The translations under genes were made by a program, and so were the position numbers. DNA of 59,231 nucleotides from a virus (Duplodnaviria > Caudoviricetes), in IMG/VR virus record IMGVR_UViG_3300040781_000275, positions 1 to 59,231 of that record, one strand, 5' to 3'. Below are positions 1 through 8,594 of the stretch, piece after piece. Under the pieces are notes generated by a model. That model worked only from the letters and a program-made list of their open reading frames with translations. It had not been told where the DNA came from and did not search any database. Within the stretch, counting starts at the first letter, position 1; the number at the start of each line of letters is the position of its first letter.

Positions 1-453
1 CCCGATAGGGATTTACTGGATGATGAGGACGATGAGTTAGATACTATTGAACTTGACCCTGTAGACCCAAAGCTTTTAGATAACGAAGATGGAACTAAAT
101 CAATAGACTTAATTAATCTGGGTTGGTTGAGTGAAAATGTTCTTCAAGCTATTCTAACTGTCGGTGATTTAATTGATGACCAGGAGGATGCTGAGGGAGA
201 CGTTTCTGAACGTTCAGTTGTGGTTGTTAGAGGTGGTAAAAAGGTTAGACTGCCTGTAGTTAGAAGGAAGAGAAAACGTAGATTAACTCCAAAGCAAAAA
301 AGTGCTATTAAACGTGGGGCTAAGAAACGTAAATCTCGTAAAGGTGCGATTCAGAGAAAAAGGAAAAGAAGCCTTAAGCTTAGAAAACGCTCCGGATTAA
401 AAAGTGTAAAAAACAAAAGGTTAAAAGTTGCTGGAACCAGTAAACACCTGTAG
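1..453 (+). CDS. 5'-truncated prohead core-like protein (acidic N-part, very K/R-rich C-part; T4 gp68-like)
   Basis: Frame 1 is open from base 1 (PDRDLLDDEDDELD...), so the gene starts before the window rather than at 127. The K/R-rich tail and the position upstream of the prohead protease match T4-type core proteins. Confidence 0.55.
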   Translation, partial: PDRDLLDDEDDELDTIELDPVDPKLLDNEDGTKSIDLINLGWLSENVLQAILTVGDLIDDQEDAEGDVSERSVVVVRGGKKVRLPVVRRKRKRRLTPKQKSAIKRGAKKRKSRKGAIQRKRKRSLKLRKRSGLKSVKNKRLKVAGTSKHL

Positions 454-461
454 GTAAAGAA

Positions 462-749
462 ATGTCATTAAAGAACGCAATTGCAGCAGCTAAAAGAAAT
501 GTGAAGAAGGGTAAACCTTTGATGGAAGCTGATAAAACTGAAGCTAGAGTAGCTAGAATAATTTCCAGATACACAGCCAGACTTGGTAAAGAGTTTATTA
601 CATCTAAACCATCTGATAGAGTAGGGATACAGGCTGCTTTAACTGTTCTTAATCAAGCACAAATTTTAGTGCAAACAGATATGAATGAAGCTAGAAACTT
701 ATTAGCCGTTGCAAGACGATTATCAAATGTGAGAGATGAAGATGAGTGA
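462..749 (+). CDS. Hypothetical small helical protein, head module
   Basis: ATG ORF packed tightly between its neighbours; no recognisable motif. Confidence 0.6.
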   Translation: MSLKNAIAAAKRNVKKGKPLMEADKTEARVARIISRYTARLGKEFITSKPSDRVGIQAALTVLNQAQILVQTDMNEARNLLAVARRLSNVRDEDE

Positions 750-1209
750 TGACAAAATTGATAAAGAAGTATTCGATGTTCACATGAAAAACATTACAAA
801 GGGTTTGGACGTTCTTCATGACAAGACAACTAAACTTTTTGAATCACAATCAAAGATGAATGCCATCTTAGCTAAAAATACTGTGACAGTTAAAGAGCAC
901 CATATTAGAAGTACGAGGCTGGAAGAGATTCAGGTTGAAATGCTTAAGACGATTGAGAAGGTTAATTCTGAGATGAAACTTACTCAAAGAGAAATTGAGA
1001 TAGTGGATAATAAAGTTGGAGAAATTCAAACATCTTTAGAGCCTATTGAAGAACACGTTGAGTCAATGAATAAAGGTTTTGTTTTATTTACAAAGATACC
1101 AAGTTTTATTAAATGGGCACTGGGTTTGATTGTTGGTGGTTCAATACTGTTGGGGCTATTAAACGGCAGTACCCAAATAGGGGATATTTTAAGTTTTATC
1201 GTAAAGTAA
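736..1209 (+). CDS. Coiled-coil protein with a C-terminal transmembrane helix
   Basis: Heptad-rich body and hydrophobic segment FIKWALGLIVGGSILLGLL. Confidence 0.6.
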   Translation: MKMSDDKIDKEVFDVHMKNITKGLDVLHDKTTKLFESQSKMNAILAKNTVTVKEHHIRSTRLEEIQVEMLKTIEKVNSEMKLTQREIEIVDNKVGEIQTSLEPIEEHVESMNKGFVLFTKIPSFIKWALGLIVGGSILLGLLNGSTQIGDILSFIVK

Positions 1210-1222
1210 AGAAAGGAAGAAT

Positions 1223-1942
1223 ATGAAATTTTTAAATGAATTAGATGTAAATACATTCTTAGCTGAGATTCGAGAGTTCGATAAGATTGGAACAGTCGAT
1301 GAGAACTATAAACCAACTAATGAAGAAGTTAAGAAATTCATTAAAGCTAGAACAGGTTTAGTCCGCAAGCTTAAAGACAATAAAAGGAGCTCTGACCAGA
1401 AGAAGAATTGGAGGGGCAATAGATATAAGATGATGAAAGGTATAAAGGCTTTTCATAAGTCTACAGAGGGAAAAAGATTCCACAAAAGGCTGGGAAGATT
1501 CTTAGCTACTAGGCTATTTAGAACTAAGAGAGTTTCAGAGGGCGCTTATCAAGATTTACTAATTAAGCAAACCTACCTAAAAGGTCTAAACACCGCTAAG
1601 AACCATCTATTTGTGGAATTAGAATACTTTCACCTATTAGAGGAACAGGTGGACTTAGAGCTATTTATTACCGACCACGCTATCCCAATGTATATGGGAA
1701 TAGAGATGAAGATGCTCAAAGACGAAAAACTAAATGAGGACGAAATTACCTTCCTATTTGATATCGTTAATGAGAAAGTTGTAATTAGCAGCATATCTAG
1801 TAGAATAGGTAAAGAGTTTGCAGAAATAGAAAAACTGTGGAACTCTATTAAGACGAATTTAGATAAAGATGGTATCAGTAATTTACATGAGGATTTTTAT
1901 CTAACTGCTATTAAAAAATTAACCAGTGCTATTGAGGCATAA
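1223..1942 (+). CDS. Hypothetical head-module protein with a basic N-terminal region
   Basis: AAAGGAAG SD; abuts the protease start codon. Confidence 0.6.
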   Translation: MKFLNELDVNTFLAEIREFDKIGTVDENYKPTNEEVKKFIKARTGLVRKLKDNKRSSDQKKNWRGNRYKMMKGIKAFHKSTEGKRFHKRLGRFLATRLFRTKRVSEGAYQDLLIKQTYLKGLNTAKNHLFVELEYFHLLEEQVDLELFITDHAIPMYMGIEMKMLKDEKLNEDEITFLFDIVNEKVVISSISSRIGKEFAEIEKLWNSIKTNLDKDGISNLHEDFYLTAIKKLTSAIEA

Positions 1943-3283
1943 ATGCAAAAACACAAGATTGTAGAAACATTAAATACGGGAGTAACTTTCAAAATTAATG
2001 AAAGTAGTGACCTAGTTGATGGGCAGCATATTCTTGCTGAGATTGAAGGTGAGTTTTTCGTTCCCAATGGAATGAGTCGCAACGGTCGTTATTACCCTAA
2101 GTCCTTATGGGAAAAGGTAATCGATAACCCAAGAATTAAACAAAGATTAACAGATAGATTGATGTTCGGAACTGTAGGCCATGACGCTCCACTTGGAGAT
2201 GAGGCTATTAGGGAAGGTTACGTTTCACATATTGTTACAAATATTAGAATTGATGAGGCTACAGGTAAGGGAATAGGTAACGCAGTTATTCTTAATACAC
2301 CTTCGGGCAGAGTTTTGAATACAGTGATTAGAGCTGGTTCAAAATTAGCAGTCTCTTCAAGAGCTAATGGAACGTTCAAAGGTAAGCATAAAGGTAAACC
2401 TGTCGTTGATGAGGATACCTATGATGTAGAGGGCTGGGATTTCGTTGTAGACCCCGGATTTTTAGAAGCGAAGCCTGACCTTAAAGAATCTTTGCAAGAA
2501 ATAGAAAACAAGTTTAATATAGATAGTAATCATGAAGGAGACAATACTATGAGCGCAGAAGATACGAGTAAAAAACTGGTTGAACACATCGCTAATGAGA
2601 ACGTAGACCTAAAACAAAAGGTTGGGAATCTTACAGATGAGTTAACAAATATGAAAGAGAGCTTCGCAACTGTTGAAGATGAAAATAAGCATCTTAAAGA
2701 GCAGCTTGAGAAACTTGAAGAGTCTGAGGCTTCTGTAAAAGCTTATGCTGAAGTTGGTACAGTTGAAGAAATTCAAACTAAACTTGCTAAAGCTGATGAG
2801 GACGCAAAAGTTCTTGAAGCATTTATAGCTCTTGCTGATACTCCTGAAGAAGCTAAGAAAGCTTTTGAGTCAGCTGATACTTTTATCAAATCTTCTAAGG
2901 AAGCTTTTGGTTCTATCGAAGAAGGTAAAGAGAAGTTAGAAACTCTTGCTAAATACGAAGGACTAGGAACATTTGAGCAAGTTGAGTCTGTGCTTAAAAC
3001 ATTTGATGAGCGTCTTGAAGATGAAGCAAAAGTTGAAGCTGAAAAGAAAACTAAAGAGCTTTCTGAAGCAATCGGTAAAGATATCGAAGCTACTGCTAAA
3101 CTTCTTGAGAAGTATAGTGAAGAAGATATTCTTGCTCTTTATGAAGAGGTTGCCCCTACTAATGAGAGCCGCTTTAAGAAGAAAGATGACAAGAGTCTTG
3201 AATCTGACCTTAACGAAGACACTGATAATGTATCAGAAGGTATGTCTCTCGCTGAGAAGATTGGTTCAAGCCTCGTTGGTTAA
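1943..3283 (+). CDS. Prohead maturation protease (T4 gp21-like) fused to a coiled-coil scaffold
   Basis: Motifs NGRYYP, FGTVGHD (His), LAVSSRANG (Ser) and WDFVVDPG. The C-terminal ~240 aa are an E/K-rich coiled coil. Lies directly upstream of the capsid gene. Confidence 0.9.
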   Translation: MQKHKIVETLNTGVTFKINESSDLVDGQHILAEIEGEFFVPNGMSRNGRYYPKSLWEKVIDNPRIKQRLTDRLMFGTVGHDAPLGDEAIREGYVSHIVTNIRIDEATGKGIGNAVILNTPSGRVLNTVIRAGSKLAVSSRANGTFKGKHKGKPVVDEDTYDVEGWDFVVDPGFLEAKPDLKESLQEIENKFNIDSNHEGDNTMSAEDTSKKLVEHIANENVDLKQKVGNLTDELTNMKESFATVEDENKHLKEQLEKLEESEASVKAYAEVGTVEEIQTKLAKADEDAKVLEAFIALADTPEEAKKAFESADTFIKSSKEAFGSIEEGKEKLETLAKYEGLGTFEQVESVLKTFDERLEDEAKVEAEKKTKELSEAIGKDIEATAKLLEKYSEEDILALYEEVAPTNESRFKKKDDKSLESDLNEDTDNVSEGMSLAEKIGSSLVG

Positions 3284-3369
3284 TTGTTGATTTTATTTGC
3301 TTAAGTTTGAACTGCACTTCGGTCTTCTTTAAGTTTGTAAATCGTTAGAAAGAAAACGAAATATTTTAT

Positions 3370-3380
3370 TAATATAAATT
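3370..3380 (+). promoter_or_regulatory. Putative late promoter TAATATAAATT upstream of the capsid gene
   Basis: Contains TATAAATT (7/8 match to the T4 late box TATAAATA); an identical 11-mer occurs at 7977-7987. Confidence 0.4.
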
Positions 3381-3399
3381 TAGATTTAAGGAGTTAGAG

Positions 3400-4800
3400 A
3401 TGACACCAGAAGAAATGGACAAATTACAAGAAACTGGATTAATGGAGCATTATTTCAGCAAGTACAAAAAACACATTGAGGTTTTTGAGAAGTCACTTGT
3501 TGGTAAGGCTGTTAATCTACAAGACCACCACAAAATTCAACTTGGTAAAATGCTAGACCAGTGGAAAGTTTATGAGAAGCTTTCTGAGTCTGCGGGTTCT
3601 TTGAACACGCTTGGTGAATTACCAAAAGTTGCACTAGATGTTATTACAGCTACTATGTCGAACTCTGTTCTTCCAGTAATTGCTACAACTCAGACTATTG
3701 ATTCTCAGAAATCAATTATCTGGTTTAAGAACATCGTTGCTAAAGACAGTAAAGGTAACATCGTTGACGGTGATACCCTTATTGACCCAAGAACAGGTAC
3801 GAAGACTCCTTCAGGATATGCTTCTGGTGCTGTAATTGGTGAAGATGGTGCTACTACTGTGGCTGCTCAATTACCTTACACATTCACTGTAAACAACAAT
3901 GAAGCTATTCGTAGACAATTCGTTAGAGTTTATCTTGATTCTGATAACAGCATTGAAGCAAAAGATTTTGACGGTAAAGGAACTCTTTTCGGTAATGGTA
4001 TCTCAGGTAGCATTAATTATGAAACTGGTGAGATTACAGTTAATTTAGCTGCTGACCCAGGTGCTGGGGATATCATCAAAGTTGATTATACTCAGAACCT
4101 TGAAGCAATGGCTGATGTTCCAAAGATTGACCACTTTTTAGATTCAACTGATGTTGACGCTAAGCCGTATGCTCTAAAGGCAGTTATGGGTCTTTTCCAA
4201 ATGTTTGAACTTAAAAAGAGAATCGGTGATTCTGCAATTCAAGATGTTGCAACTGACCTAACTCGTTCAATCAACAATGAAATCGGTGGAGACTTCATTA
4301 GACAATACGATGCTATTGCTGGTGGAGCTACTCAATTCTCTCTAACAGCTCCAAGTGCTGTTTCTGAGCATGACCACAGACGTTCATATGCTTACCGTCA
4401 AGCGGATGCTGAAGCTGATCTAATCAGTAGAGCTGGTCGTGGTACGATTAAGGTTATGATTGTAGGTCGTGAACACGCTGCTCTTGTTAGAGGTCTTGAT
4501 GGATTTAATCTGTTAAGTGATTCTAACAGTCTTGGTGCTCATGTATTCGGTTCTTACAGAGGTGTTACTTATGTAAGAGTTCCTGAAGAGAACCTATTGG
4601 CTGCTAAAAAAGGTATTGGTCTTTATACTGGTAGTTCTCCACTTGAGAGTGCTGGTGTTTATGCTCCATATATGCCTCTAACTATTCAAGACAGTTCGTT
4701 AAGTCCTAACCCACTGAACCAACAAAAAGTTGCTGCTACTATGGCCGCTACTAAAGTAGTTGTTCCTCAGTACGCTGTTAGATTTGACGTAGTTGCTTAA
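3400..4800 (+). CDS. Major capsid protein (T4 gp23-like, HK97 fold) with an inserted beta-rich domain
   Basis: Position after protease/scaffold, AAGGAG SD, gp23-like segments (DVDAKPYALKA, LTRSINNEI, GVYAPYMPL), an insertion containing GSINYETGEITV, and a terminator downstream. Confidence 0.9.
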   Translation: MTPEEMDKLQETGLMEHYFSKYKKHIEVFEKSLVGKAVNLQDHHKIQLGKMLDQWKVYEKLSESAGSLNTLGELPKVALDVITATMSNSVLPVIATTQTIDSQKSIIWFKNIVAKDSKGNIVDGDTLIDPRTGTKTPSGYASGAVIGEDGATTVAAQLPYTFTVNNNEAIRRQFVRVYLDSDNSIEAKDFDGKGTLFGNGISGSINYETGEITVNLAADPGAGDIIKVDYTQNLEAMADVPKIDHFLDSTDVDAKPYALKAVMGLFQMFELKKRIGDSAIQDVATDLTRSINNEIGGDFIRQYDAIAGGATQFSLTAPSAVSEHDHRRSYAYRQADAEADLISRAGRGTIKVMIVGREHAALVRGLDGFNLLSDSNSLGAHVFGSYRGVTYVRVPEENLLAAKKGIGLYTGSSPLESAGVYAPYMPLTIQDSSLSPNPLNQQKVAATMAATKVVVPQYAVRFDVVA

Positions 4801-4827
4801 TTTTAGAGATTTAATTTTGCCTATATT

Positions 4828-4854
4828 GGGGAGGGAGTATTCCCTCCCCTTTTT
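4828..4854 (+). terminator. Rho-independent terminator after the capsid gene
   Basis: GGGGAGGGA-gtat-TCCCTCCCC followed by TTTTT. Confidence 0.9.
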
Positions 4855-4901
4855 GTTTATGAGATAGTATAATTCATAGAAATAGTAACCAAGGAAAAGA
4901 A

Positions 4902-5312
4902 ATGTATTTTAAAGTAACGAACACATCAGAGAAAAACTTAATCTTAAAAAGCCTACAAGGTAAACAGATTAACCTAACAGCTGGGGATGATGAAACTCTT
5001 CACATCAACGACTTCAAAGCTTATAAGAAATCTATTGATAATTTTAAGCACTATTTGATGGTTGATAAAGTTGAAGAAGACTCAGAGCCACAACCAAGTG
5101 AGCCAGCTAATACACCTGATGCTCCTGAGTCATCTGAACCAGAAGTTCACGCTCATACCAAAGAAGAAATGATTGAAGGTGATGAGCCCCTTGAAAAAGA
5201 TGAAGAAGTTGTAGAGCTTGTTGAAAAAACTGAGGAAGTTGCTGAGGAAGTTGTAGCCCCTGCAAAAAAGAAGACTACAAAGAAAAATAAAAAAAGACGT
5301 TCTAAGAAGTAG
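4902..5312 (+). CDS. Hypothetical protein with an acidic/Pro linker and a basic tail
   Basis: TATAAT at 4868-4873, AAGGA SD, C-terminus KKKTTKKNKKRRSKK. Confidence 0.65.
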   Translation: MYFKVTNTSEKNLILKSLQGKQINLTAGDDETLHINDFKAYKKSIDNFKHYLMVDKVEEDSEPQPSEPANTPDAPESSEPEVHAHTKEEMIEGDEPLEKDEEVVELVEKTEEVAEEVVAPAKKKTTKKNKKRRSKK

Positions 5313-5335
5313 TTTTTAGAACTTAGGAGAATATC

Positions 5336-6040
5336 TTGCTCACTATAGATGCCATTTTTCGTAAAATTCTAGTTCGCTCTGGCCACTTCGTAATGAATGT
5401 TAAGAACATAGAACTAGATGTTGATAACTTTAGAGAGTTAGTCGAAGATGCTTTGGATATCTATAGTGACCAAGTACCTTTTAGTAGGGAGTATGAGAAA
5501 GACCTAACGGGGTCTAGGAATCTCACACTTGACGAAACATTTGACCCCGAACTTGGACGTAAACCAGAGTGGCTTTCAGAGGTACACCCTATAAGAACCA
5601 CAGGCACGTTTTACGGACATTATCTAAATAGTCATAATCGTAGTGGGTACGGTTCACAATATAGCACCACGGAGCTGTCAGAGCCTACAATCGCCCCTTG
5701 GAAATATAATAAAGAAAGTGGAAAGCTAACTGTTCCTTATAGTGGGTTCTATAAGATTGTTGGTGTTTATCGCCATACTATTGAAAAGACACAGGATGAT
5801 TCAGGCAATATGACTTGGACTGTTAATACGATTGGAAACCGTGACCAAGCTTTTATCAAATTATGCCAAGCAATGTTTATGATTGGTATTGGTAGAAGCC
5901 GTAGAGCATTTACATTACAAGACTTACCTATCCTAATGGATGCAGCTGAGATTGTTTCAGAGGGTAGGGAATTATATAAAGAAGTAATTGATGAAGAATT
6001 ACCTAAATATCAAAAATTTCATTTAGCATACGGAGGATAG
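5336..6040 (+). CDS. Neck/head-tail adaptor protein (T4 gp13-like)
   Basis: TTG start with AGGAGA SD; C-terminal DAAEIVSEGRELYKEVIDEEL resembles gp13-type adaptors; gene order fits. Confidence 0.65.
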   Translation: MLTIDAIFRKILVRSGHFVMNVKNIELDVDNFRELVEDALDIYSDQVPFSREYEKDLTGSRNLTLDETFDPELGRKPEWLSEVHPIRTTGTFYGHYLNSHNRSGYGSQYSTTELSEPTIAPWKYNKESGKLTVPYSGFYKIVGVYRHTIEKTQDDSGNMTWTVNTIGNRDQAFIKLCQAMFMIGIGRSRRAFTLQDLPILMDAAEIVSEGRELYKEVIDEELPKYQKFHLAYGG

Positions 6041-6041
6041 T

Positions 6042-6314
6042 ATGAAGTTGGCAGAACAATTAGAGAGTACATTAGAGACAGTTAGAACTGATGAGGATAT
6101 GTCATCAAACGATGATTTTAGAATCACCTTGAAAGACGGTCATCATGTTTATGTCGGTGTTAGTTTAAGAATTAGCAAATACCATAATCCTAATGAGGAT
6201 AGTATGGACGACTATATTGAAAAACAAGCTAATCTAAAGTCTTTAATTAAAGACGATATTGAGGCATTTAATAAATCTGTAGCTGCTAAGTTAAAAGCGG
6301 CTAATAAGGCATAA
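6042..6314 (+). CDS. Small hypothetical protein, candidate internal head protein
   Basis: GGAGG SD; N-terminus MKLAEQL is shared with the 8013 ORF. Confidence 0.55.
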   Translation: MKLAEQLESTLETVRTDEDMSSNDDFRITLKDGHHVYVGVSLRISKYHNPNEDSMDDYIEKQANLKSLIKDDIEAFNKSVAAKLKAANKA

Positions 6315-6315
6315 T

Positions 6316-6582
6316 ATGAAAGCTGCTAATAATATTATAAACACCTTAAACAACATTGAGATTGAAGAGAATGTTAAGTGGGAAAGAAACCTACATAACA
6401 AAGTTGTCAGCGCAATGAACAATTTTGAAAAACAGCTTGAGAACGCATCTAAGAAAACGAAGCAAGCCTCTTTCACTAAAAAGTATAAAGCTGCCTTAGA
6501 GTCTTTTCAGGGTTGGCAAGAAGAGGGTGAAGGCGAAATGGTTGTTATGGAAATTGACTCTGACATTGAAGATATGGAATAG
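6316..6582 (+). CDS. Small hypothetical protein, candidate internal head protein
   Basis: Tightly packed ATG ORF with a charged helical composition. Confidence 0.5.
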   Translation: MKAANNIINTLNNIEIEENVKWERNLHNKVVSAMNNFEKQLENASKKTKQASFTKKYKAALESFQGWQEEGEGEMVVMEIDSDIEDME

Positions 6583-6585
6583 ACA

Positions 6586-7170
6586 ATGCCGGTTAGCCTT
6601 AAGCGAATAAAAAAAGAGCTCCAAGCAGACATACCTAAAGTTGGTAAGGGTGCTGATGGGGATTATAAGTTCACACCGCCTAACATAGTTGGGCGTAAGG
6701 TGAAGAATTATACTCAGCTCAAAATTTCTAAGGTTGTTAAAGAGGCAAATGAAAAAGTAGGTAAAATTAAGGTTACCTGTTTAAGTGCCTCTGAGTCCAC
6801 TAGCACAAAGTATAAAGTCTATTGTGAGTTCTATGAGGCTAAGTTTTCAGCTATTGAAACAAAGCTTTTTAAACACCCAATCGAAGTCCGTAAAGACGGT
6901 AAGAAAGTAACAATCTACCATAAGGATTTAAAGTACGGCACCAACCCTGTCAGATTAAGGTGTCAGTGTATGGATTTTAGGCATAGATTTCAAAAGCCTT
7001 TAAAAGATGCTGATGGGCTTTTCGGTGGTTTTATTGGATATACCAGAAAGACACCAGCATGGCCGGAAGGAAATCCTTTAGCTAACTCAACTAACAAGCT
7101 GGGTATTTGTAAACATATTTCATCCTTACTTCGCAGAATCGAAGATGAGGGAATTTTAAAGAATAGGTAA
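6586..7170 (+). CDS. Basic protein with a SWIM-like zinc finger
   Basis: RLRCQCMDF ... GICKHI (CxC-xn-CxH). Confidence 0.65.
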   Translation: MPVSLKRIKKELQADIPKVGKGADGDYKFTPPNIVGRKVKNYTQLKISKVVKEANEKVGKIKVTCLSASESTSTKYKVYCEFYEAKFSAIETKLFKHPIEVRKDGKKVTIYHKDLKYGTNPVRLRCQCMDFRHRFQKPLKDADGLFGGFIGYTRKTPAWPEGNPLANSTNKLGICKHISSLLRRIEDEGILKNR

Positions 7171-7173
7171 TTT

Positions 7174-7584
7174 ATGCGTTTCCTTAAGGATATGGAAAGA
7201 GTCATTCAAAATAATGGAGAGCGAGGTCTTGAGCACCTTGAGTTCTATTATGGTGTTGATTTAGCCATAATTAGGAGCGTAGCGGGTAGAGCAGATATCT
7301 ACAGCAAGGTTCACGGTAAGAATCGTGGTAAAGAGGGTGTAGTAGTCGATAAGATAGTCGGTATTTTAGCCTCTGATGATTTCTTTGCCGCTGATGATGC
7401 CTACACAGGTGGGTTTGAATTAGGGTTCCTTTACACACGCTCAGATAAGGTTATTGTAGGAGATACTTTGCAGATAGACTCATCTGATGGCAAAATAAGA
7501 CGATTTAAAGTAGAATCAAAAGAAGACATTGGTTTTACGCAAACTATATTTAAAAAATGGAAATTAAGTAATCTAGGAGATTAA
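7174..7584 (+). CDS. Putative head-closure/neck protein (gp14-like)
   Basis: Beta-rich, with VGDTLQI...FKVES pattern; lies between the adaptor and the tail terminator. Called mainly from gene order. Confidence 0.45.
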   Translation: MRFLKDMERVIQNNGERGLEHLEFYYGVDLAIIRSVAGRADIYSKVHGKNRGKEGVVVDKIVGILASDDFFAADDAYTGGFELGFLYTRSDKVIVGDTLQIDSSDGKIRRFKVESKEDIGFTQTIFKKWKLSNLGD

Positions 7585-7586
7585 TA

Positions 7587-7979
7587 ATGAGTGATAGTAT
7601 TTTTGAAACATTTAAGACACTTCAAAAGAAGACGGCTGAAGAGAAAGCACTATCTGAAAAGGTTGATTCTCAAGATGTTATTAAAGAGCTTATCGATACT
7701 GGTTGGTCTAAAGATAATAAATCTCAGATGAAGGCTATTCAATTACTTAAGGGGTTAGCTTTAAGTGATGAGCCTGAAGCAAATGCTTTTATGAAGAAAC
7801 TAGATTCATTTACTTCTGGTATGAAAAGTAAAAATGAAGCTAAGGGCAAAGATGTTAAGGTAAAAGTTTCCGATGAGACTATGGACCTAATTAATAAGGA
7901 TAAGAAAAAAGAACTTAAAGCCAAACTTGATTCCTTTGTTAAGGATATCAAATCTGGTGTAACCCACGCAAATTTATAA
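7587..7979 (+). CDS. Small helical protein, paralogous core shared with the 8013 ORF
   Basis: AGGAG SD; segment SKDNKSQMKAIQLLKGLALSDEPEANAFMKKLDSFTS. Confidence 0.6.
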   Translation: MSDSIFETFKTLQKKTAEEKALSEKVDSQDVIKELIDTGWSKDNKSQMKAIQLLKGLALSDEPEANAFMKKLDSFTSGMKSKNEAKGKDVKVKVSDETMDLINKDKKKELKAKLDSFVKDIKSGVTHANL

Positions 7980-7987
7980 TATAAATT
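7977..7987 (+). promoter_or_regulatory. Putative late promoter TAATATAAATT
   Basis: Identical to the 11-mer upstream of the capsid gene. Confidence 0.35.
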
Positions 7988-8012
7988 CATATAACCATAG
8001 AAGGAGACAGTT

Positions 8013-8411
8013 ATGAAATTGGCAGAAAAACTAGCTAACAAAATTAAGAAAAACGAGGGTTCAGCAAACTCAATGGGTGCTTTAGATAAGAAAGCAATGG
8101 GTATTGTTGAAATGCTTAAGAAAGAGTCTTATGCAAAAGACAACAAGATGCAAGAGAAAATGTGTGACGAAATGAAGAAGCTCGCTGAGATGGATTCTGA
8201 AGTTGCAAACGAATTCATGGGATACATGGATGAAATGTCTTCTAAATATGAAATGAAAAAGGCTAAAGACGAAGCTAAGAAGAAAAAGTCTGAAGAAGCT
8301 GATGACGAAGAAGATGATGATGACGCTGAAGATGACGAAGATGACAAAGAAGAGTCTGATGATGATGACGATTCTGATAAGCATAAGAAAAAGAAAGACG
8401 AAAAGAAATAG
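8013..8411 (+). CDS. Small Met-rich protein with a D/E tract, candidate internal head protein
   Basis: AAGGAG SD; N-terminus MKLAEKL; paralogous to the 7587 ORF. Confidence 0.65.
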   Translation: MKLAEKLANKIKKNEGSANSMGALDKKAMGIVEMLKKESYAKDNKMQEKMCDEMKKLAEMDSEVANEFMGYMDEMSSKYEMKKAKDEAKKKKSEEADDEEDDDDAEDDEDDKEESDDDDDSDKHKKKKDEKK

Positions 8412-8594
8412 GTGCGAGTATTTTACTACCTCTACGGGGTTTACTGTTTTCTCTTATGGTCAGTAATTGGATGGTTTGCAACATTGCACGCTTTCGGAAT
8501 TCTGGCCTACAGAGATGAGGCTTACCTTGATGACCTCCACGAGGATTACATCATAGAAGAGGTAGATAAAATAGTTGGAGAGTTTTATGACTAA
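8412..8594 (+). CDS. Small putative membrane protein
   Basis: GTG start right after the previous stop codon; hydrophobic N-half; fills the gap between genes. Confidence 0.4.
   Translation: MRVFYYLYGVYCFLLWSVIGWFATLHAFGILAYRDEAYLDDLHEDYIIEEVDKIVGEFYD

Noticed and set aside
127-129. TTG start of the first ORF
   Set aside because: The frame is open from base 1 with coherent acidic sequence, so the gene starts upstream of the window.
736-1209. Holin call
   Set aside because: A single C-terminal TM helix with no adjacent endolysin is insufficient evidence.
3284-3399. Structured ncRNA or tRNA before the capsid gene
   Set aside because: Only a 2-bp stem around TTCG and a 9-bp repeat (TTAAGTTTG); no cloverleaf or extended stem.
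8082-8484. Minus-strand poly-Ser/hydrophobic ORFs
   Set aside because: Antisense shadows of the GAT/GAA-rich acidic tract.
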